Assembly (NCBI RefSeq): GCF_001194135.2
Contig: NC_069000.1
Coordinates: 22,774,498-22,806,512, forward strand
DNA length: 32,015 bases
Origin: Octopus bimaculoides
Lineage: Eukaryota
Reading direction: 5' to 3'
Every line of letters starts with the position of its first letter. The first letter of the stretch is position 1. Shown one piece after another: positions 21,513 through 32,015 of the stretch. Made by a program: the position numbers and the translations under genes. The notes under the pieces are model-generated. The model did no database searches. It was not told where the DNA came from and saw nothing but the letters and a program-made list of their open reading frames with translations.

Positions 21513-23010
21513 TCATCATCATCCTCATCATCAACATTTAACGTCCATTTTCTATGCTGGCATGGGTTGGATGGCTTGATAGGAACTGGCAAGGCCAGGG
21601 GGCCACATTAGGTTCCATAGTCTGTTTTGGCTTGGTTTCTATGGCTGGATGCCCTTCCTAACGCCAACATTACAGAGTGCATTAGGTGCTTTTTATGTAT
21701 CATCACCAGTGCTTTTTATGTGGCCCCAGCCCCACAACAATGCTCTTTATGTGCCATCTTGGTTTTAGGATTTCAATTCTGCTATGGTGGGTGGGTTTTC
21801 TTGAGTACAGCAATGCACCACATACCTCTCGGTCCTTTGTTATCTCTTTCATGAGGTCCAGCATTTTGAAACTGGCTTTCAATACTTTGTCCCATGTCTT
21901 CCTGGGTTCTCCTTCTTCAACAAATTCCCTCCATTTTAAGTGATCAGCACTTCTTTAAGCAGCTGTCCTCATCCATCTGCATCACATGACCAAACAAGTG
22001 TATAATTTCTTTTAATACCAGCTTCTCTCTCAATACACCATTACACTGTTGCACACGCACACACACACACACACTGACATCACACATCCAGTGGAGCATA
22101 CAAGCTTCATTCCTCTCCAGCCCCCACGTATCCTCTGCATTCAGAACCCACATCTCACTACCATGCAGCATCACAGTTTGTACACATGCATCATACAATC
22201 TTCCCTTCACTCAGAGAGAGAGAGAACTTTGGTTTCCAAAAGAGGTAGAAGCTCTCTTAGCTTTCTCCATTTTATTCTCATTCTAGCAATTTCACTTTCT
22301 GTACAATCTCCTCCACTGCTAATTAGGGCACCTAGGTAGCAAAAATTATCTACAACTTCCAGAGAGTCACTGGGACATGTAAAGAAATCAGTGTCCCCAT
22401 GCATTTGTGGTCTTTATGGCTCCTGTACATCTTCCACATACAAACACTACTTTCTCTGTTAACCTTCCTACTATTGCACTTGCACCACTTGTACACCGAA
22501 TTTATGCTTACACCCTTTCAACATATCAAGCAGGGGCATTTACCAGAAGGATGAAGACCCCTGTTTGATTTCTTGTTACTAGGGCCTTGATTTTTTCTAA
22601 TTTTACTTTAAGACTCTTTGATTCTTGGTTCTGTTTCCTCTCCTAGAATTTCTTTTCTAATTCTGTTACAGATTCTGCTGAAAGAGCAAGATCATCAGTA
22701 TATAGTAGTCCATATGGGGTTCCAGTCTTAAATTCCTCTGTTATGGCCTGGAGGGAGATGATGAATAGAAAGGGGCAGAGGATCAACTCTTGATGGACAC
22801 CTTAATCACGGTACCCATGGCCAACTCTTATCTTACTAACAGCATCCCTGTACATGGTTTGTACTGCTTCCACAAGCAATCTATCCCTAGCTTCCTCAGA
22901 AACAAAAACGAACTGCATTTCATCTTGTCTAAATCTGTTCCTAATTAATTGGGCTATAATACTTGGCAACTTTCATCATGTGGCCCAACAATTTGATGCC
23001 TTTATAATTA
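21513..23010 (-). mobile_element. RTE-clade LINE, 3' portion with internal deletions and (GAT)n tail
   Basis: Peptides NYKGIKLLGHMMKV, GVHQELILCPFLFIISLQAITEEFKTGTPYGLLYTDDLAL (YADD motif), LEVVDNFCYLGALISSGG and KGRLYDACVQTVMLHGSEMW. 3'UTR ggaagggcatccagcc...ggacgttaaatg(atg)n. Confidence 0.9.
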
Positions 23011-23069
23011 CTTTTCTGCCAATAGCAACAACAGCAACTACAACAACAACAGCAAAACAACTACAACTA

Positions 23070-23497
23070 TAGAGCTGGCAAAATTATTAGCATATCAGAC
23101 AAAATGCTTGCTGAGTTTGACTTGCTTTTCATCCTTTCAGGGTTGATAAAATAAATACCAGTCAAATACCTCCCCATCAGGTCTAAAATTAATAGGGATG
23201 CATTTTAATAGATCTTGAAACAATGCAAGAATTTTACTTCAGAGGAATTTAAGCTCAGAATACGAAGGGAAGTAACCAGTGGTAAGCTGCCAAAATTGTA
23301 ATAACTGGTTTATTTATTCTTTTATTCTTTTACTTGTTTCAGTCATTTGACTGTGGTCATGCTGAAGCACCACCTTAAAGGGTTTTAGTTGAAGAAATCA
23401 ACCCCAGTACTTATTCTTCGTAAGCCTAATACTTATTCTATCGGTCTCTTTTGCTGAATCACTAAGTTATGGGGACATAAGCACTCCAGCATCAGTT
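23070..23497. mobile_element. Decayed SINE B (+, about 23070-23170) and SINE A 3' module (-, 23290-23497)
   Basis: Similarity to other copies in the window. Confidence 0.7.
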
Positions 23498-24074
23498 ATG
23501 TCAACATTTTAACAATTTCTTTCTTTATTGACTCTATATTTTTATTGTTCATGTAGTAAGCAACAAAATCCATACATTCACTTGATTTCCTGTAAATCCA
23601 AACAGTTAATGGTTCCAGCCGACAAAATGGCAAAGGTGTTACTGCAGAGGATGGTGAGGAAGATGTGCTGGGACAAGTAAACAAATTGTTTACTGACCTT
23701 CAAAAGTTTTACCCATAGACTCTGAGCAAAATACTTCAAATGAGACAATATAATATACACTTATCAAAATGGAGTAGAATCTGAATTCAAAGAAGTTGGT
23801 GATGAGTTGTGTCAACAACAAGCAATGTGTATTTATGCCTAAAAATATAATTACATTTTTTTTTATTTCTCTATATTATTTCTAAATTGTAACACTCAAT
23901 GTTCATTGAACAGTCTTCGTTCTTTACAACTGCAGCATGTTTCATATATACTACTGCTATATATACATTTGTCAAGATATATAAGGAGATAATGTTTTTG
24001 CAATGATGCATTCTGGGGGAGACTCAGTTCTACTTTAGCATTGTGTTTATATATGAACTAACTCTATATGAACT

Positions 24075-24076
24075 AA

Positions 24077-24134
<58 letters not shown>

Positions 24135-24142
24135 ACATACTC

Positions 24143-24173
<31 letters not shown>

Positions 24174-24216
24174 TACATATATACATACATATATGCTAGC
24201 ATGGAAAGCGGACGTT
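24075..24216 (+). repeat. (CA)n/(CATA)n followed by an RTE-type tail fragment (gctagcatggaaagcggacgtt)
   Basis: Directly visible; the tail matches the reverse complement of 21540-21560. Confidence 0.75.
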
Positions 24217-25059
24217 NNNNNNNNNNNNNNNNNNNNNNNNNNNNNNNNNNNNNNNNNNNNNNNNNNNNNNNNNNNNNNNNNNNNNNNNNNNNNNNNNNNN
24301 NNNNNNNNNNNNNNNNNNNNNNNNNNNNNNNNNNNNNNNNNNNNNNNNNNNNNNNNNNNNNNNNNNNNNNNNNNNNNNNNNNNNNNNNNNNNNNNNNNNN
24401 NNNNNNNNNNNNNNNNNNNNNNNNNNNNNNNNNNNNNNNNNNNNNNNNNNNNNNNNNNNNNNNNNNNNNNNNNNNNNNNNNNNNNNNNNNNNNNNNNNNN
24501 NNNNNNNNNNNNNNNNNNNNNNNNNNNNNNNNNNNNNNNNNNNNNNNNNNNNNNNNNNNNNNNNNNNNNNNNNNNNNNNNNNNNNNNNNNNNNNNNNNNN
24601 NNNNNNNNNNNNNNNNNNNNNNNNNNNNNNNNNNNNNNNNNNNNNNNNNNNNNNNNNNNNNNNNNNNNNNNNNNNNNNNNNNNNNNNNNNNNNNNNNNNN
24701 NNNNNNNNNNNNNNNNNNNNNNNNNNNNNNNNNNNNNNNNNNNNNNNNNNNNNNNNNNNNNNNNNNNNNNNNNNNNNNNNNNNNNNNNNNNNNNNNNNNN
24801 NNNNNNNNNNNNNNNNNNNNNNNNNNNNNNNNNNNNNNNNNNNNNNNNNNNNNNNNNNNNNNNNNNNNNNNNNNNNNNNNNNNNNNNNNNNNNNNNNNNN
24901 NNNNNNNNNNNNNNNNNNNNNNNNNNNNNNNNNNNNNNNNNNNNNNNNNNNNNNNNNNNNNNNNNNNNNNNNNNNNNNNNNNNNNNNNNNNNNNNNNNNN
25001 NNNNNNNNNNNNNNNNNNNNNNNNNNNNNNNNNNNNNNNNNNNNNNNNNNNNNNNNNNN

Positions 25060-25250
25060 GCACAAGGCCCAAAATTTTTGGGGAAGGGGCCAGTCGATTA
25101 GATCGTCCCCAGTATGCAACTGGTACCTAATTTATCGACCCCAAAAGGACGAAAGACAAAGTCGACCTCAGTGGAATTTGAACTCAGAACGTAAAGACAG
25201 ACGAAATACTGATTAGCATTTCGTTCGGAATGCTAACGTTTCTGCCAATC
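25060..25250 (-). mobile_element. SINE family B variant
   Basis: Reverse-complement similarity to 11866-12020. Confidence 0.8.
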
Positions 25251-25269
25251 TTCAACTGAATTATTATTT

Positions 25270-25276
25270 TGTGTGT

Positions 25277-25320
<44 letters not shown>

Positions 25321-25352
25321 TTGTGTGTGCGTGTGTGTGTGTNNNNNNNNNN

Positions 25353-25405
<53 letters not shown>

Positions 25406-25435
25406 TTGTGTGTGCGTGTGTGTGTGTATGTGAGT
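25270..25435. repeat. (GT)n microsatellite
   Basis: Directly visible. Confidence 0.97.
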
Positions 25436-25809
25436 GTTTGTTGCATTTCTATGGAAAACATGTCTAACCAGGATGAGATACTCTGATTGGCCTGAGTGAC
25501 CTTTTAAATGTTGTATATCATGTTTTATTCTTTTGTTTATTTTATTATATTCTTTACTTTATGGTTTGCCGTTATTTGTATGCTTTCTCTTAAATGTTTA
25601 AACTTGTTCTCTTGTATATTTTGTCATGTTTCACCTCTCCTACTTGTTTTTATAGAACTTCTTTTTACCCTAATCAACATACCTTTGTCAACATCCTATT
25701 TAACATGTCATGTTCATGCTTACATAAATAGTGTGAACAATTTCCTTCAATGTTTAATATATGGACCACATATTTGTGATCTGCACAGACAACATAAAAA
25801 GGGGTCACA

Positions 25810-26790
25810 GACATGGACTGCACATGTTTGCACTTCCCCAACCAAACCACTGGTAGCAAGTGCCAACCTTTTTGCTAATACCTTAACCGAAATCTGTAAC
25901 TCAGCCTTTAGCAAGGTTGTAGATCAGAAATAATCTATAATATCCCAGCTGTTGGCTGTCCTTTCCCAGCATTTTAACACACCTGAACTCACAGAACCGA
26001 AAATTTAACCATTCTGCTGTCAGTTGAAGGAGATGTTTGCCAGGCGATAACCAAACAAGTCAGAAATATAACTCACAGCAGGGCAGACCAGCCAAACCAG
26101 ATTTGTCCTCGCACCACTACTCACTATTTCCTGTATTTCACCTGCTACTATTGATCTTCCACAATGCCTTGTGTTTTCTTCCGCTAAGAACTGCAGCAAG
26201 TTCTTGACTTATTACTCACTTCAAACAGTCCAGCGAGGTGCAGCTGGACTGCAACTCACATCTGCTTGGAACTGAGTGGCATCCACTTGTTCTAGCTAAC
26301 CAAATGGCCTTTGTTCTATTTTGTTTTAGAACACAAGCCCATGCTTTGACAATACAACATTCATTTTTCACATTGAAGACACGATTAAGGGTCATTCTTG
26401 CTGCTAGCATGTCATTTACAATACTTTTGCTAATGGCCTCTAGAACTTGCTAACTAGCTCCCCATCTAATTCATTTCTTTATTTCACTATATATTTTCAC
26501 TAAAATGTTGTTGGTTTATATTTAATTACTTTCTTCAGGGTGCCTCACCACCATTTCTTGACTAATGCCCTCTTAAATGGCTGTTTAACTACTTTGTTAA
26601 TTCAGTACCTGTAGTCTTTGCATAACAGAAAGGACATGTTCAACATCCAGTAACCAGGTCCATCTCTGGGTAAGTTACTGAATATTTGACAGACACTTCT
26701 ACTCTCAAGCAAAATCAAACTACAATGAGGCAGACACATTGCAGGCACAGTCTATTTAACAGACTTTTTCGCTGTTCAGGTCTCTCTTAC
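25810..26790 (-). mobile_element. L1/Tx1-clade LINE ORF2 fragment (post-endonuclease linker to RT start), heavily decayed
   Basis: Peptides GPGYWMLNMSFL, MLAARMTLNRVFNVKNECCIVKA, DKSGLAGLP and TTLLKAELQISVKVLAKRLALATSGLVGEVQTCAV (RPITLLNxDxKIxAKxLAxRL motif). Confidence 0.8.
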
Positions 26791-26831
26791 TTCACTTTAA
26801 AGATCTGGGTCTACCTGAGACAATAGTATAT

Positions 26832-26909
26832 ATATATATATGTGTGTGTTGGGCACAGCTCCAAAAGCATATATATATATGTGTGTGTTGGGCACAGCTC
26901 CAAAAGCAT
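26832..26909 (+). repeat. 39-bp tandem duplication
   Basis: atatatatatgtgtgtgttgggcacagctccaaaagcat x2. Confidence 0.95.
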
Positions 26910-27129
26910 TGGATTGTTTCAGATTTACTTGCCATGAATACACAACATTCATAGACCAAAACTCATACTATATTGGGGCAAAGCTAACTTAAATATACTT
27001 TTAAAGAGGAGCAAAGGCTTTTAAAAGGAATCATTCAAAATGTTATACATAAACCATTGTCATCGATTGTGTACTGCTGATTGAAGATGAGTGCATAATA
27101 TACTCTTCCTCTTGACATAGTGAAGACTT

Positions 27130-27312
27130 GCTGGTGACCTCACCAGTGCTGGTTCCACAAAATAAAAAGTGCACTCTATAGAGCAATTGGCATTCAGCCA
27201 TAGAAACCATGATAAAACTAACACATTGGAGCAAGAGAGTGTCCACTAACCTGTCAAATCCTGTCAAACTGTCTAACCAATGCTGGCACAGAAAGTGGAC
27301 TTAAAATGATGA
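27130..27312 (+). mobile_element. RTE-type LINE/SINE 3' tail, decayed
   Basis: cagccatagaaacc...ccaatgctggcacagaaagtggacttaaaatgatgatg matches the tail at 21513-21670. Confidence 0.65.
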
Positions 27313-27398
27313 TGGAGGCTGCAGCAGTGGAGTCACATTTAAAATGCTAGATTGGATTAACACCAGTTGGAGTGTCCTACCTACTGGTTATTAAGTAA

Positions 27399-27462
<64 letters not shown>

Positions 27463-27463
<1 letters not shown>

Positions 27464-27810
27464 ATTCTTTTATTCTTTTACTTGTGTCAATCATTTGTTT
27501 GGAACACCGCCTTTAGTCAAACAAATCGACCCCAGGACTTATTCTTTGTAAACCTAGTAAACCTAGTACTTATTCTATCAGACCCTATTGCTGAACCACT
27601 GAGTTATGGGGACATAAATGCACCAGCATCAGTGATCAAGCAATGGGGGGGGGGCAGACACAGACACACAAATACATGTGTTTTTATATATATATTTATA
27701 TATGACGGGCTTCTTTCAGTATCCATCTACCAAATCCACTCACAAGGATTTGGTCAGCCCAACATTGTAGTAGAAAACACTTGGCCAAGGTGCCATACTG
27801 TTGAACTGAC
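27463..27810 (-). mobile_element. SINE family A, 5'-truncated head
   Basis: Reverse-complement match to other family A copies. Confidence 0.85.
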
Positions 27811-27973
27811 ACACATATGCAGGCACCTTAGTATTTCAGCTGACTTCACTTAATGTCTTAATATCAGCTCACTAGTTGACAGAAAATGCAACGGTACATT
27901 TTCCACCCTGAAAGGAATATATATATATATGAATGTGTGCATACATGGATAGTTAGATAAATATAATCAGAAT

Positions 27974-28138
27974 GATACAGTTCTATATTTAAGAGATGAG
28001 GAATTATTTACATTATTTACATTTGACGGATATTTGTCCTCATCTTGTTTGTTGTTAACACAACGTTTCGGCTGATATACCCTCCAGCCTTCGTCAGGCG
28101 TCTTGGGGAAATGTTGAACCTGGGTTCTCATTCCTAAC
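27974..28138 (-). mobile_element. Second copy of the PLE 3' end seen at 16002-16180 (runs into a gap)
   Basis: Near-identical to 16002-16170. Confidence 0.9.
28057..28102 (-). ncRNA. Minimal type I hammerhead ribozyme with intact core
   Basis: gacgc-CTGACGA-A-GGCTG-gagggtatat-CAGCC-GAA-ACGT-T-gtgtt. Palindromic ACGU stem III, GUU triplet, predicted cut between 28062 and 28061. Confidence 0.8.
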
Positions 28139-28622
28139 NNNNNNNNNNNNNNNNNNNNNNNNNNNNNNNNNNNNNNNNNNNNNNNNNNNNNNNNNNNNNN
28201 NNNNNNNNNNNNNNNNNNNNNNNNNNNNNNNNNNNNNNNNNNNNNNNNNNNNNNNNNNNNNNNNNNNNNNNNNNNNNNNNNNNNNNNNNNNNNNNNNNNN
28301 NNNNNNNNNNNNNNNNNNNNNNNNNNNNNNNNNNNNNNNNNNNNNNNNNNNNNNNNNNNNNNNNNNNNNNNNNNNNNNNNNNNNNNNNNNNNNNNNNNNN
28401 NNNNNNNNNNNNNNNNNNNNNNNNNNNNNNNNNNNNNNNNNNNNNNNNNNNNNNNNNNNNNNNNNNNNNNNNNNNNNNNNNNNNNNNNNNNNNNNNNNNN
28501 NNNNNNNNNNNNNNNNNNNNNNNNNNNNNNNNNNNNNNNNNNNNNNNNNNNNNNNNNNNNNNNNNNNNNNNNNNNNNNNNNNNNNNNNNNNNNNNNNNNN
28601 NNNNNNNNNNNNNNNNNNNNNN

Positions 28623-28639
<17 letters not shown>

Positions 28640-28660
<21 letters not shown>

Positions 28661-28935
28661 ATAGAAATATGTTACAAAAGCAAAATAGAAACTACATGTG
28701 GAAATGTAAGGGGAAAGTAAGAAGAAAAATAAGCGAAAATGCACATTGGAAATCAAAAAAAGTAAAGGCTTTTTATGAAAAGTAGCAATAGATATATACA
28801 ATTAGATGAACCGAGGTTGGAATAAAAGTAATGAAAGTCATTATTGTAAATTGTTAAAGGGATTCAAAAGCAGACCTGGGTTTCTGGGTATTTACCCTTC
28901 GTTAGCGCATGACAATCACCAGTGTTCGATGCCTA
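28640..28935 (-). mobile_element. Probable PLE pLTR fragment of another family (HHR plus U-rich tail)
   Basis: HHR-like motif at 28868-28910, followed on the minus strand by a long T-rich stretch. Confidence 0.45.
28868..28910 (-). ncRNA. Degenerate minimal type I hammerhead ribozyme (third family)
   Basis: atgcg-CTAACGA-A-GGGT-aaat-ACCC-a-GAA-ACC-ca-GGT-C-tgctt. G5A substitution and small insertions; GUC triplet. Confidence 0.55.
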
Positions 28936-29196
28936 TATATATATGTATATTGCTGATATCATAAGAATTTCATAATCTTCCAAAAGAACATAATGAAATA
29001 ATTCTTATTTTGGAGCATTGGTCCTTAAAACACATAAAGCTATAAATGATGGCATGTGAATATTGGGTTGAAAATCCCATTTGGACAGAAAAAAGTTGAA
29101 GGCTGCACATAACATTGTTATGGGCTTCGAGAACCAATTCTCCAAAGAAGTTGTGTGTGTGTGTGTGTGTGTGTATCAATGTATATAATATCAGTC

Positions 29197-29274
29197 AGTA
29201 TATTACTGGTTATAAGTAAGACTGTCACTGTCAATGACATTCTGACAGCTACACACTATAACCAGTAATACACT
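29197..29274. repeat. Short palindromic element (mini-MITE-like)
   Basis: Perfect 14-bp inverted repeat tattactggttata (29201-14)/tataaccagtaata (29257-70), with inner ctgtca/tgacag. Confidence 0.8.
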
Positions 29275-30420
29275 ATTCAATGATATACAAAAATATAATT
29301 CCTCTACTACTCATATTCAGTGTGCATTTTTCTACATTATGGACAACCAGCTGATAATATCATTATTATTATAAGATCATTAAACATCTGTCTTCCATAT
29401 ATAAAATTCCCAAAGTGAAATGTTTAGTTGGTGCCTTCATAAGAGAAAATGTGTGTTAGAGACATGGAATTCCCTGCTTGCTGACTAGTGAACAGAAATC
29501 ATATAAACTGACCTTTTACAGACACAACCAGAACCAGTCAAAGGCAGATAACTCTGTCTCACCCAGAGGGGTCACTTACTGTTTGAAGAATTTCATTTTA
29601 GTTTGTTTATTTTCGCAAATCTAGCTGACCAAGACTATATTCTTACCTCCATTAATAAAGACGTTATGTGCCACTGACCAGCATGTCTGATGAATGGCCT
29701 ATATAGCTAAGCACATTATAGACACAAAACCAATGTTAACTTTTTGACTGGCCATAAGCAACAACTAAATTAAATATACATACATATATATATTTTAGAC
29801 AGTTGATAGGGAAGACAGAATGTACTGTAAGCTTTATTTAGCATGAGGATCATTTCAGCTTACATCTGCACTGATCCCTAGTGGGTGGGGAACGATATAA
29901 TAGAATTGAATGCATCCCACAGTGCAAAAGAAACCTCTTCAGGTTACATAATATGTTACAGTGTTATAATATGTACATTTTAGTATTGTGTGTGGCATGA
30001 TGGTGTTGGCATGATCCATGCATTTATAGTAGTTCACAAATTCATGTATCAAGTGTGTGTTTATAGTATTCCTATCTAAACTTTAATTTTAAACAAACAC
30101 ACACATGCACACGCACTCGTATGTATGCTATAAATTGCAAATACAAGACTCCATAAAACAATTGATTTAGAAATTATTTGACAGTTGTCTTCCTGAATGC
30201 TAAAGATTAATCTTTACCTAAGATTTACTTCTATTATAGCCATGAATATATAAATATGCCTCTAAATAAATTATGATGTTCTCACATGTATTAGTAAACT
30301 TCTGGCTTGGAGATTCACAAATATTCTTTAAGTTCATATATCTTTGCGAAAGTAAGTGTATTTCTATGTTTCGCCTTCTTTCTCTCTCTTTTGTTCTATT
30401 TCGTAGATATATGTATGTAT

Positions 30421-30421
30421 C

Positions 30422-30456
<35 letters not shown>

Positions 30457-31200
30457 TATTATCGTCGTTTAATTCTGCTTTCTATGCTGGCATGGATTGG
30501 ATGGTTTGAATGAGGACTGGCGTGTCAGAAGGCTGCACCAGGCTCCAATCTGATCTGGCAAAGTTTCTACAGCTGGATGCCCTTCCAAACGCCAACCACT
30601 CTGAGATTGTAGTGGGTGCTTTTACGTGCCACTGGCACGAGGGCCAATCAGGCGGTTCTGGCAACGACCATGCCACCTACACGGGAGCCAGTGCGGTGGC
30701 ATTGACAACACCCACCAGATAAGGGATCGGGGGACCCTGTCAAAGGCTTTCTCCATGTCAATGAAAGCCAGGTACAGAGGTTTGTCTTTGGTTAGGTATT
30801 TCCCCTGTGGCTGTCTTACCAGAAATATAGCATCAGTGGTGCTTTTCCCTGGCACGAACCCAAACTGCATCTCATCTAGGCTGCCTCTCTCCCTAATTAG
30901 TTGGGCTATGACCCTCTCCATGACCTTCATCACCTGATCCGAGAGTTTGATACCTCTATAATTATTTGTATCTAAAGCATCACCTTTACCTTTGTAGCAG
31001 TTGACTATACCCGATGCCAGCAGATATTTTGAGCATCTCTGCGTTGATTCCTGATGGGCTGGGGGCTTTCCTTGTCTTCATACCCTTAATTGCTTTATCT
31101 GCCAAGGTACTGTCAATTCGGATAGCTGGTCCCTCTGTTGGGTCAGCATTCAGCAGACTCTCTTTCTCCCATTCATTCTCTTTATTTAGCAACCTTTCAT
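30421..31200 (-). mobile_element. RTE-clade LINE, internally deleted (RT N-half joined to 3'UTR)
   Basis: Peptides KAPSPSGINAEMLK, YKGKGDALDTNNYRGIKL and MKVMERVIAQLIRERGSLDEMQFGFVPGKSTTDAIF...AFIDMEKAFDRVPRSLIWW, then directly the 3'UTR and (GAT)n tail. Confidence 0.9.
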
Positions 31201-31524
31201 AGTGTATATATATATATATATATATATNNNNNNNNNNNNNNNNNNNNNNNNNNNNNNNNNNNNNNNNNNNNNNNNNNNNNNNNNNNNNNNNNNNNNNNNN
31301 NNNNNNNNNNNNNNNNNNNNNNNNNNNNNNNNNNNNNNNNNNNNNNNNNNNNNNNNNNNNNNNNNNNNNNNNNNNNNNNNNNNNNNNNNNNNNNNNNNNN
31401 NNNNNNNNNNNNNNNNNNNNNNNNNNNNNNNNNNNNNNNNNNNNNNNNNNNNNNNNNNNNNNNNNNNNNNNNNNNNNNNNNNNNNNNNNNNNNNCATTTC
31501 GATACTGTAATGACAGATACTTTC

Positions 31525-31577
<53 letters not shown>

Positions 31578-31985
31578 TGTATATGTATACATATACATGT
31601 ATATGTACACCATTTCGATACTGTAATGACAGATACTTTCAGAGAGAGAGAGAGAGAAAGAGAGAAAGAGAGAGCGAAAGCGAGAGAGAGAAAGAGAGAG
31701 AGAGAAAGAGAGAAAGAGAGAGCGAAAGAGAGAGAGAGAGAAAGAGAGAGAGAGAAAGAGAGATAAAGAGAGAGAGAGAGATGTATATGTATACATATAG
31801 ATGTACACGTATATGTATATAGATCTATACATACATGTATATGTATACATATGTGTAGATGTATATATATATATAGATGTACATGTAATATGTACACATA
31901 TATACATATATACATGCATACAGATATCTATACATATATACACCCATCACACACACATACACATGCACACAAATACACACATTAG
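31200..31985. repeat. (TA)n, (GA)n and (TATG)n, with a 116-bp-period duplication (31495 and 31611)
   Basis: catttcgatactgtaatgacagatactttcagagag occurs twice next to a gap. Confidence 0.9.
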
Positions 31986-32015
31986 TCATTTGTTTTCTTA
32001 TCCAAAACTACGTCA

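Larger units (their letters stand above)
504..31494. other. Assembly gaps (N runs)
   Basis: Gaps at 504-1211, 2304-3071, 6457-6739, 9730-10085, 11483-11617, 12536-12955, 14500-14597, 19376-19614, 20507-21040, 24217-25059, 25343-25352, 28139-28622 and 31228-31494. Most abut microsatellites or repeats. Confidence 0.99.

Noticed and set aside
21219-21611. Poly-T/A/D ORF resembling an acidic low-complexity protein
   Set aside because: A compound trinucleotide microsatellite running into an antisense LINE tail.
29647-29720. CTGATGA at 29687 as an HHR, and a possible 52-nt minus-strand exon (29647-29698)
   Set aside because: There is no GAAA or stem III after the motif. The exon has plausible splice sites but no recognisable product and no partner exons.
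31495-31800. 116-bp duplication as a biological minisatellite
   Set aside because: It is adjacent to a gap and built on (GA)n/(TA)n, so it is likely slippage or misassembly.
378-31943. Long ORFs containing X runs or YI/CV/HT/ER/SL dipeptide repeats
   Set aside because: They arise from N-gaps and dinucleotide microsatellites that lack stop codons.

Overview
This is eukaryotic, AT-rich, repeat-dominated draft-assembly DNA with 13 N-gaps and dense (TA)n/(CA)n/(CAC)n microsatellites. The repeat repertoire looks like an octopod cephalopod (Octopus); this is inferred from my recollection of the repeat families, not from a search. I found no confidently identifiable host-gene exon. Nearly all ORFs in the track are artefacts of microsatellites or N-runs. 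Supported content: several tRNA-derived SINE families; decayed LINE fragments (RTE, L1/Tx1); Penelope-like element (PLE) fragments (RT, GIY-YIG, 3' ends); Tc1/mariner fragments; and MITEs. The most interesting signal is RNA-structural: four hammerhead-ribozyme (HHR) motifs from three families. (1) A type I HHR at 1740-1834 (+) sits at the tip of a ~500-bp imperfect inverted repeat (1525-2020), so the arms extend HHR stem I into a long rod; this copy's GAAA core is mutated. (2) A PLE 3' end carries a tRNA-like Pol III promoter upstream of a minimal HHR (16002-16460), with a core-intact HHR in a second copy (28057-28102). (3) A degenerate third HHR lies at 28868-28910. A CpG-rich CCAAT/GC-box segment at about 8500-8830 may be a promoter followed by a small two-exon ORF (low confidence).
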